Position numbers and translations under genes: made by a program. 64,000 nt of DNA from Octopus vulgaris. Taxonomy: Eukaryota. Numbering within the stretch: the stretch's first letter is position 1; the number at the start of each line of letters is the position of its first letter. The notes beneath the pieces were generated by a model. It searched no databases. It was not told the origin of the DNA and saw only the letters and a program-made list of their open reading frames with translations. Where the stretch lies: NCBI GenBank assembly GCA_951406725.2, contig OX597816.1:95976001-96040000 (forward strand), given 5' to 3'. Below, one piece after another: positions 53,246-64,000 of the stretch.

Positions 53246-54334
53246 ATATATGTGAAGAAGAGACACTGCGAGGGACTAGCAAAAACAGAATGAGAAATGA
53301 AATGTAATGAAAAATGAATATATTAGTGAATGACTATATCACCGCTAACCATTCTACATAGAGGAGGAAAAAATAAACAATATTTTCAGAATACTAGAAC
53401 GTTAATATAGACACATGGAAATCGATGTTAAATTGAAGAAGCTACTTGCATTGAAATCCCCAAGGATCACAAAACACTAATGAGCATATACGAAATGAAA
53501 ATGTGAAAGAAGCGGGGTGCTGCTTAATGGCGTAATATGTCATGTAGGTGTGTCGGTTTTATAATAAGTGCTTGTAGAATTTGTAAGCCGTGAGCTTCAA
53601 CACAATTGGGAAGATACTCACGGTTTTTCACGAAGACATGATGCTCAGCTTTTTCTTTAGAAAATTTTCTTCAATATGTTGAGATTTCTGGCAAAAGATA
53701 CCCAGAAAAAGTTGAGTTTATTTGTGAAGTACTTGACGTAATTTCTTCACTCCAACAAAACCAATCAAAATATAATTAACGTCCAACATTTTATAATTTC
53801 TCATCCTCAATAACTAATCGACAACGTTTTGAAAATTAGGAAGAAGAAAATTTTAGGTGTTTATTCATACATACATACATGCCTGCATACACATACATAC
53901 ACACGCATACATACTCACATATATATGTATACAGAGAGAGAAAGAAAGACAGTAATGATAAGATTACATACTACACAGTTATAACGAAAATATTTCTTTT
54001 GTACAAAGCAATTACCGAGGTAGCTCAACATAAGTGAAAAGTATCAGCTTTAGAGCAATTGTATTATACAACATAAAGAGTCAGAACGAAGTGGCACTTG
54101 AAAATAAAATCACGCTGCACATTGAAATGAATTTGTAAGACACGTAAAATTTTCTCCGACATACTGGCATATACACACGTACACACTTGTATATATATAT
54201 ACACAAAATAATATATACTCTCGCAAAAAACGTAAGCATACCCTTGAATATACACACAAGAACACACATCACTGCATTATTAATACTGCTTTATTTCGGA
54301 GGAGTCATACTAAGAAAGTATACTCATAGATACA

Positions 54335-54815
54335 TGCACAGGAAATCTCCAACCAAACTCCGAATTATTGCCTTTATATCAACATAGTGGAACAGCATCT
54401 GAGCAAGAGCTTATAAATAAGGACACCACATTCATTGAAAAATAGCAGTCACGTCTTAAATATGAAGATAAAGCAAATTTTGATTATTGTTTCACCCAAT
54501 TAACCAATTTCTTTTGAATTAATTCTAATTCTCCGCCCTCTCTCTCTTTCTCTCTCTCTCAGAGAGTGACTATTGGTCTCGCGCCTATAAAGCGCTTAGC
54601 CTATAAAGCGCTTAGCTTTATAGGCGACTCGTCAGACACAAATAATCCGAGGCACATAAACTACCTTCTACGAGTCACCTACATAGCTAAGCGCTTTATA
54701 GGTTCGAAATCAATGGTCACTCCTTGACCGACCATAACACGAAATCTTGTAAAAATGTATTACCGATCTAATGTTTTAGAGTGTACTTCTTTTTCGGATA
54801 CATAAACCATTGATA
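54335..54815 (-). mobile_element. Second copy of repeat family B with two divergent decayed HHRs
   Basis: TCGTCAG at 54629-54635; CTACGAGTCACCTAC...TAGGTTCGAAATCAATGGTCACTC at 54668-54722; internal 16 bp duplication CCTATAAAGCGCTTAG. Confidence 0.8.
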
Positions 54816-54867
54816 TGTGTGTATGTGTGTGTGTGTGTGTGTGTGAGTGTGCGTGTCTGTGTATGTA

Positions 54868-55450
54868 TATATAAACTGAATCACGAAAGAAACGTCGCAC
54901 ACATACTGAATAGAAACCGGTTTATCAACAGACTGCCATAACATTGATTGAAGAGTGCTAATTAAGAAACCGTTCTTTCCTAATGATAAACATTATTTCC
55001 TGAAAGATGTTTAACGTCACATGGTGTCACGTGATGACAGAGTATCCTGGATCCAAAAAGATGAACATAATATCTCATGTGACCTCCATTAGCATTAATT
55101 ACTGCCAGCCATCTTCTGTACTTTGAATGCACCAAACGATTGATGAAGGTCATGTGGATAGCAGTCCGCACTATTTTAAAACATGCAGCATGTTGTGCCG
55201 CAGTTGTCAGCCTTTAGATTTCGTCGCACGAGTTCAAGTCCGAAATTAGGGCAAGTCATAGCAGTGCCTGGTAGTATGGGCACGGGCGTGGTCGTGTTGG
55301 AATACGTGATTCCGATGACGAGTAAAGTATAACATAATGTGAGGCCTTGGTGTAGCGAGCAGCTGTTATTACATTGCCCAGCCTTCGCCGATGTTTTTGG
55401 CTGATTGCAATCCCGCCCCATACTGTGATGCTCTGTCCTCCCCATAAGTT
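54868..55450 (-). mobile_element. Tc1-family transposon 3' fragment
   Basis: WGGQSITVWGGI...ITAARY and C-terminal RLVHSKYRRWLAVINANGGHMRY. Confidence 0.8.
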
Positions 55451-56389
55451 GTTTTTCTCTGTTTTCTCAAGAATAATTTTCATCACCCTACTTTTGTAAC
55501 CTTTTCAACGAATATATATTTTGATTATGCTAGTTGTGCTGCTTCTCTACAGAAATTATGTAACTGATGACATATCATTTTATTGACATTTAATTGTTTA
55601 TTTGTTTATTTTGTTTCTTATTGTTGCTGCCAAGATTTGAAGACGTTTGTGCGTAGTGATTGACCGTAGTTGCTTTGAGTCTCATGTATTTTAGCTTTTC
55701 TATTACAATGCTGAAGAGCTGCTACTAGACAGCATTCTTCTTTATACTGAGTGTAAGATTCTAATCCCTGTATTTGTAGAGCCACTATAATCAGTTTTAA
55801 TACTGGCCTGAGAATGTCTAAAAAGAATATTTATTCGACAATTTTATCAAACGATTTTGTATCTGTAATGCGATTGTTTGATTCTTTTTGGAAAACGATT
55901 GTAATAAATATAATAACTGTATCTTTCATGTAGACTGCAAATTGTTTCTTCGTTATAGGCTGTAGTGGTGTTCAGACACTGTCTTTTTATGCATGTTTTT
56001 GATACACAATATTTGTGAGTTGTCGTCATTTCAACTGGTTTTCTGAAATGTGTATGACTAAAAGTAGTAGTTACTGGATGGGACACTTTTGGAAATCCGT
56101 GGTCTGGTTCACCACCGGGCGTAGCATCGATGAACATCACAAGATTGAATTTGTATTTATCATATCAGAAATTTTCTTGTCCAATTTTTTTTTTTACTCC
56201 CGAAATTGTTCGTTTACATCACTGATGTTGATGGTTTCTAACTTTTTCATGATTCTGCATATAGACATTCTTGTGTCTGTAATAAAGATGATTCATTTCG
56301 TGTATTGGTGGGTGATAGGTTTCATATCCTGCCAGTATAGTATAGTGGTAAGAATAATTATAACCCTACTACAATAATGGATGACAGCA

Positions 56390-56690
56390 AAATTTTTCGA
56401 TAACTTTTCTGAAAAACGTTGTCAGAAAATTGACAAAATGCTCCAAAAGCTGCAACATTTATATCGAGCATTGGCCAATGGAAGATTCCCCATATAAACG
56501 CCTTACTACATAACGCGCAAATGACTATACAAAGCGAATGAACTGGGCTGGATAACTTTACCTTAAACAGATTATCACCTAGTGAACTCTAAAACTGACG
56601 ACCACTTTTTGAAATATCTCAGAATATCTTCCTGCGAAAGATATTCAAGACTGAAACGGCCGCTTTCCAGTAATTAAGTCAGCCCCTCCA
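56390..56690 (+). mobile_element. Decayed mariner transposase C-terminal fragment
   Basis: QMTIQ..NELGWITLP..DYHL...TDDHFLKYL, cf. KLNELGWETLPHPPYSPDLSPTDYHFFK. Confidence 0.55.
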
Positions 56691-57038
56691 AGCCTCATTC
56701 TAAGTTACTATATGAAATATACGAATGTATAAATCTTATGAAAAGAGACATGCATAAAACATATTTCTCTACGTACGTGTCTGTGTGAATTGGGAATTGA
56801 GTAAGATGATGGGGAGGATAGTCATGCAATCATTTAAATGTTCTTCGAGTTGACTTGCAATAAATATTCCCTATTTCATCCAGCATTATGTTTGAAGTCC
56901 AGTTTTCCTTCTTAATATACAAAGGCGTAATATAGCACAGATGACATGTTGATTCGATGTGCACTCTTGCTGATTAAATTTCTCACATAAATTAACAAAA
57001 CTTATATTGAGTCATACATGTCACACTTACTCACACAT

Positions 57039-57098
<60 letters not shown>

Positions 57099-57855
57099 TT
57101 ATAAAAAGGAAAAAAATCACAAATGTATACCTACAGACATTTATATTAAATACGTACGTATGTGTTTGTAAAACGATCCAGAAATGCAAGCGCCTCACGG
57201 TCCTGTGACATCATCCATAGCCCAATAGTGTGTTTTCCCATACATTATGTATAAGGAGAATTATTCTCTCAAGATATTTGTGCAGCGTTCGACTTTCCTT
57301 GTCCGAGTGCACGCATTAATGTTAATCATAATTGTACACCTACATGTGTGCGTGTACCTATCTGTGTATGCGGTGTGTGTACATGTATACACATATCTTT
57401 ATATGTGTGTGCCTGTGGGTGTGTGGGTGTACGTATGTATACAGAAGTGAGACAATTCAGAAATCCGCAAAGCTTTTAAATTATATACAAAATCTGTGTT
57501 TCTTACTTTGTTACAATATTGTAAAAATGCGTGACTGTGTGGGAATACAGGTATTCATGATGCAGCTGGGATGACAAATGCAAGATGTAAGAGGTTTATG
57601 TTGTATGCTGTATATAAAGGAGAACAAATAGGGCGAAAAGGCGTTTTTCAAGTAAGCGACTGCATACAATGAGATTTACGATATAATTCTAAATGAGAGT
57701 AAAATTTTTGAATTCCCTAATTAGGAGAAAATTAAAAGATTTTGGTTGGAAAATGCAACAAATTTGTTAAGCCTCAAGAAAATGAAATAAAATCAAGAAG
57801 GTGAAAATCCGGACGTTGTTACATGGAGGTGAGAAGGAAATGGCGGATGGCGAAT

Positions 57856-57923
<68 letters not shown>

Positions 57924-59161
57924 AAGAGACAGACAGACAGAAAGAAACAAAAATACTCATTTTTGAGAGAAGAATGGAAAAATGCACACAAGAGAAGGGA
58001 AGCAACAGAAGTGATGTATGGGTTTGCATATGAGAGTCTAGGCAGCGGTCAGACGTCAAAGGGGAAGTGGGAGACGGAAATGGATGATTCTGAGAAGCCC
58101 AGTAAAGCAAAGATTGCTGAAGCATAGGAGAATGGATGTGTGAGCGCGTTATTGTGCACGCATGCGTGTGTGAATCAGTGTGTGATGAGTAGGTGTGTGG
58201 GTATGTGCTTGTTCGCGTACCGGTCTGTGTGTATATATGTATATATGAGTGTATAAATAAAGAGACCAAATGGACAAAGAATGGAACGTATTGTATGAGA
58301 GTACTTATCGGTGAGCGTGCGTGTTTGTGAGTATGTGCGTATGTGTGTGTGTGTGCGTGAGTGTGTGTGTGTGTGTGTGCATATGCGTGTGAGACAGTAC
58401 ATGTGAAGAGTAATGGATGTGGGTATGTGTGTCCGTCCTGTGTGAATCAAAGAGACAAGCTGACAGGTAAATAGATGTATGTGTGTGTATGTGAGTTTGT
58501 GTAAAGAGTAGGTTTCTGTAATTATGTGTGTATATGTGAATATCTCTGTATATAAGTGAAGGACGTGCCTGAACAAAAGGAGATGCGTGTGTGAATGTAA
58601 GGGGAAGTTATATTTGAGTGGTGATGTTGGTGGGGAGAGTGTGTGTATGTAAGGCTGGAGTGAGGAAATACAGTGTAGGGAGTTGGGCAGGGACGTACAG
58701 GCGGGGCTGCGGTAGAGAAGGAGAGAGAGATAAGCAAATGAAATCTGTGCATCATTCTGGAGCAGAAGCTGGAAGGAAGTACAAGTCAGAAAAGGTAGGG
58801 AAGAGACTTTGAACAAAAGGTGCGTACGTTTTGTGAAATATCATCTTCCGTTTCCTCTAGAAGAGTATACAGGGCGTTCCGTGTTGGAGACAAGGCGAAG
58901 GCCAAGATGTTTTCGATGGGGTGTCCAGCAGAAAAGAAACGTTGAGAGATATGCACCCAGTTGCCAAGTTCGATATCTCAGATGTGTTTTGAGAACTTCG
59001 TGGACAGTGTGCGGTCGTGTTACTTTCGGAGGAAAACGTTGGAGCGCACATAAGCAGACTGTCTCTCACTCTCTCACACCTCTCTCTCTCACTCTCACAC
59101 ACACACGTTTTTGTGCACACATGGGTATACACACATACGCATATACGCATATACATACGTT

Positions 59162-59214
<53 letters not shown>

Positions 59215-59893
59215 CTGCAGAGAGAATGAACAAAGGTTGAAAAAAAAACCTAAAATAAAAAGACGATATAAGAATATAAAGAAGGCAGAAGAGAGAACGA
59301 GTGACAGACAGACAGACAGAAATTCCAGAGAAGTATATAATATACTACTCTAATAAATATTCTAGTGGTTACATTTCTGACATGGCAGACGGGAAGTGAG
59401 CTTGCAATGATTTGTGGGATGTTGGTGTGAATGTAGGTGTGTTGTTTGAGTATAGTTATGTATGATTTTTTTCATGTTTTCAGTGGAGAATTCTTTGGAT
59501 ATCTTTCACTAAAACGCATACAGAAAATTGCTGTGAATAACATGTTGACGGTTTAATTCCTCTGAACATAAGCAAAAATTAATAATAATCCCATAATTTA
59601 GGAGCCATTATATAAAGACTTGCAGCTTATGTTTGACAAGCGAATAGCTCCCTGTCAGAGATCAGCTACTTAATATTTCCACAGAGATATCGCTATGTAA
59701 TAAATTGTTTTTCAAACATAAACACATACCACATATCATACGGAATGATTGAGGGTAACCTTAACGCGTATTTCCAGTTTCCAAGTTTTAAGAAACAGCT
59801 AAAGATGTAAGCTTTCAACAGACAAAAACGAGGAATAAAAAGCGATATATCACTATGATCTAATTTCATTGAAAAATGTCCATAAAATTATAT

Positions 59894-59966
<73 letters not shown>

Positions 59967-60028
59967 AGTCTGCCTGTCTGTGTCTGCCTGCCTGCCTGTC
60001 TGTCTGTCTGTCTGTCTGTCTGCCTGTT

Positions 60029-60104
<76 letters not shown>

Positions 60105-60299
60105 GTTTGTTGTTTTCTCAACCTGTTTTTTCATTTACTATTTTCATTTCCTGCTTTCTGTCAAAATCGCCGTATACACACAACCGTAGACATACGAATT
60201 CGTGATATATATGCTCGTATGTATGTATGTATGTATGTATGTATGCATGTATGTATGTATGTATGTATGTATGTATGTATGTATGTGTGTGTGTGTATG

Positions 60300-60385
60300 T
60301 CATAATTCAGTTTATTTCAAGATTTCTTGCCAATAGGGAACGAACCGGTTTCTAACCTAGATCCAAGGCTCTTTCATTGGAATGA
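60300..60385 (-). mobile_element. 3' terminus of R4-like family 1 in (TATG)n
   Basis: Reverse complement of 32870-32952. Confidence 0.75.
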
Positions 60386-60484
60386 AAGTATAGCTTGGTA
60401 TTTTGGTTTCTATGCATGTATGTATGTATGTATGTATGTATGTATGTATGTATGTATGTATGTATATATGTATGTATGTATGTA

Positions 60485-61225
60485 AATATAAAAAAAAGTG
60501 TCAGTTAGAGATTTCATTACCTGTGTGCGCTCAGGTCAGCGGATCCGTTTCAAGAAGAACAAGAAACTTCCTGTGAGAGATGAAAGATGGAACGGCTATT
60601 GGGAGGTGACTGCAGATTTACCAGGGTACCAGGGACTCTTTCTCATCCCAGTTACGAAAAAACTGGACATTTTAATGTGGTGTGAAGGAAAGAAAGTTGT
60701 AAATCTAATCGAGTTAACGGTTCACCATGAAGATAATATGGACGCCGCCCGGGTTAGAAAGATTGGCTGTTATGTTTACATAACGAGGAATGTGAAGACG
60801 CAGGTTGGAAAAAGTAGCATTTTCCAGTCGAAGTCGGATGTAGAGGGTTTGTTGGACACAGTGTGAGACGACTGTTGTTATAGTTAGGCCTAACTCATCG
60901 TAAGGTAAATACTACCATGACCGATATCCAAACTGCAGTGGAGCAGGCTAGCCACTGGATTTGGTTAAAAAGAGACGATGAGCGATGGACAGAGAAATGT
61001 TGAGCTGTATTTAATAACCAGTTGATCTAGCAGGTGGAGCCCCATATCAGTGGGGGGGGGGGGCGTGCGCATTGATGCCGTCGTGAGGTAGGTACCGAAA
61101 CGGCGCGCATGTTCTCCTGATGATCCCATACACTTGCTGGCTTCCGGTATGCGGAGTTCTCGACTGGTAGCACTTGCATATGCATGTTGTTTGCAAGACA
61201 TCTGCACAGTGAATATATTAGACAC
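60485..61225 (+). mobile_element. Hero-like (R2 group) non-LTR retrotransposon 3' end: REL endonuclease + 3' UTR
   Basis: WEVTADL...LDILMW...LIELTVHHEDN...RK, HFPVEVGCRGF, AVEQASHWIWLKR. Confidence 0.85.
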
Positions 61226-61859
61226 TCAGTGAAAGTTTTTAGATGTCAAAATAAGAGTGGAAATGTTGTTTCGAGCATGGCTCTTCATCGGAAAGAGAAA
61301 AATGTTCAGAGAGGAGGGAAAAGAGGAAGGAACATATATTCCGAGAAAAGTACATGTGTCGTTACATGGCGGAAAAGTAACTGACCGGAATTTAGAGAGA
61401 TATAGAGAGTGTGGTGTTTTAAGGCAAGAAAGTACAAAAATGACCATTGTGTGGGGAGAGGGGGAGAGAAAGACAGAGAGAGTGTGTGTATGTGGGGGGA
61501 TATTGTGTGTGTGTGCACACGCACCTGTGTGGATTGCGAGCAGCGTGTTTTGTACTGTGTGGGATGGTAGTATATGTGTGCTTGTGTGTGTTTTTGTGAC
61601 TAATGTGTGTGCAAGGGAGTGGATCGAACAGATTAGTTGTATTATCATCATATAGCGGTGGACAAAAGTAGGATCGTGAGGCAAGGTGAAATGTGTGTGA
61701 GTACGTAGGTATCGCTGCGTGTCTACGGATGTGTTTGTGTGTGTTCGCATGAATGTTGTAGGTGCTTGTGTACGGCCGTGTGTATATGTGTGTATATATG
61801 TGTACGGGTGTGCGCGTTGCTGTGCGTGAGGAGTTTATGTATGTCTCTTCTATTTTTTA

Positions 61860-62370
61860 ATTGTTATAAATCTTCCGCTGAGGAGTGAGCCGCTTTCCAA
61901 CAAAGATACAGCGCTCCATCTTTGGGATGTAGTTAACAAGGACAAATTCACATTTGGAACTTGACAAAAGTCTTTTCATATTTTTACTGTTCCACTCACA
62001 CCTTGTACTTGTAATGTACGAATCAGAAAATCCCAGTTTATCTAGATTCTCCTTTCAGCATTTACGAACAAAATATAGCGCTTCAATTATTATTGGTATG
62101 AATATGAATTCATAGTCTGGATATAGAAGCTGGAGGTTTCAAAGTAGTTGTCCATGGATATCTTCTTTTTCTTTGATTTTCAAAGAGATATTTATATCTG
62201 CAGGGCAGTTAACCTGAATGATGGTACATACATTTGTCCCTTTGTCCCAAACTACAATATCCGGCCTGTTATTCTTACATTTGACAGCAGTTTTGATGAG
62301 GATATTTCACCAGTATTCCTTGAGTTGGTGTTTATGAATATAGTTCATAACAGAGGGATTTTCTAAGTTT
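61860..62370 (-). mobile_element. R4/Dong-like REL endonuclease 3' fragment related to 32535-32766
   Basis: Minus strand NNRPDIVVWDK...CTIIQVNCPADINI...LQLLYPDYEFIFIPIII. Confidence 0.8.
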
Positions 62371-64000
62371 ATTTCAGGACAGCCTTTTAGCTCATGAACA
62401 GGAACAGTGGAGGAGCATCACAACCAAGTGCTTAAGGGGATTTGAATAAATGTAATAAAAACAAAAGCTGAAAGAAATATTATCCATTTTTCACACTTTC
62501 TAGGGGTAAGCATATAGGAAATAATAGTTGCTACCCAAGGACAAAAATCGTACTACACAATGTACTATATTTACTAACTAGGTCTACTTCGACATACCCA
62601 ACCATCTCTTTATATAGCAATTGCTTACTTAAAATATGGGTGTGGGAGGCTCTGTGTAGAGCCGTCTGTTTTCAGTTGCCCGGTGTGTTTGAGTACACCG
62701 CGTAATTAATAACAATTCTATCATGAAGTGATAAGTATAAATCTTAAGCGTTCTATAAAGAACACCTACCTATCCATGAGTCTGGTGGAATAGTCAAATT
62801 TGTGTAGGGATGAGCCGATCCAAATTTACTTCTCATGCCCTTAAAGTTTTCAACAACATAAGCAGTGGTAACATAACTTTGATAAAAATAGGATAGTGTT
62901 GAATCTCTCTCCCACTCGCTCTCTTTGTCTCTCTCTCTCTCCCGCTTTCTTCCTCCTCTCTCTCTCTCTCTCTCTCTCCGTAGCATTTTAATTGATCAAA
63001 TATGGGATCGATTAAATATGCATAATTGATGCACATGAGATAACATCTGTTTTACTTTATTATGGAACTGAGATTATAGGTCTAAAGGAATAAATGTTTG
63101 AACAACAGAGAAACATCGGATAATCTTCTGTACATTACGCTCTACTGAGCCAGAAGAGACTGTTTGTAGCTACAGTCATAATGTTTTGCTTTTGTCGATA
63201 TACCGACCACCTCCCGCTTGGCATATTATCTACTATTCTACTAGGTTTGCTCATGAAAGCAATAACATTTTAGCAGGGTATTCACAAACACCCACATGCA
63301 CATACATACACACTCATATACATATACACAGATATGCGATGATAAAAACAGTCGGTACTTCGCAGTATAGAGAAATAAACAGTAATAAAACGAAATTATT
63401 GCAGATGGTAAATTTATGTAAAATGAAATATTTTTAACGGCTGTTTTATACAAGAAACTGTTGCATCAGAGAATTACACCAATATTTAACTGCAACATTA
63501 AAATATCTTCGGATAATTAATGATAATTTCAAATATTAGACATGTTAATTTTAGATTCACAATTTCTATAACATCTTTTGAAAAATTTTGAAATGTAAAA
63601 TGAATGTTTAGACACTGATTTATGATATTTTAATAACCTGGAACGAAGGCAAAATGCGTTAACTCTGTTCAAACTAACAAGTTTATTTTTACGAATGTTA
63701 CGAATGTCTGAATATAAAACATAATTCAATGTTTAATTTTTAATTTTAATTCCTTATGTATTTCAAACTTAACTACTTGGTCACCATTCCCAATTGATTA
63801 GAGAATAGCATTTATTAATATATTTATTGTGTAAATGAAAACATTTGTCTCTACGTCAGCATCACAAATCAGCCATGATTCGATATAGTGATAATTTTTG
63901 GTTCTTCAGCACACAGTAGGAGAGTTGAGTAATTTATTCATCACCGTCGATACTCTGGACAAAATGTAATTAAAGTAGAAATTGGCTGGTATTCAGTAGT

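Noticed and set aside
55700-56380. Possible N-terminal R4-like LINE remnant on the minus strand
   Set aside because: Too decayed to cite diagnostic motifs.
58600-59060. GC-richer unique stretch as an exon or promoter
   Set aside because: No identifiable domain or convincing splice pair. Cannot be supported without expression data.

Overview
Eukaryotic, AT-rich, microsatellite-saturated non-genic DNA. The SINE families and the (TA)n/(TATG)n/(TATC)n load strongly suggest a cephalopod (Octopus-like) genome; this is inference. I can support no host protein-coding exon, and most listed ORFs are microsatellite translations or transposon debris. The window is a mosaic of mobile elements. The main one is a young 5'-truncated Penelope-like retroelement (RT C-terminal half + GIY-YIG) whose 3' 1.64 kb is duplicated in inverted orientation, giving a near-perfect giant palindrome with a hammerhead ribozyme (HHR) in each arm and a long target duplication. 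There are also more than ten further intact or decayed HHR cores in several short repeat families, many in inverted pairs. A 6.2 kb non-autonomous DNA transposon with ~300 bp TIRs and an 8 bp TSD (Merlin-like) carries nested Helitron, MITE, SINE and telomere-like sequence. Decayed Tc1, mariner, pogo/Tigger, Kolobok/Mutator-like, RTE, R4/Dong and Hero remnants fill the rest. The recurring theme is foldback (hairpin) elements carrying self-cleaving-ribozyme motifs and inserted into TA-type microsatellites.
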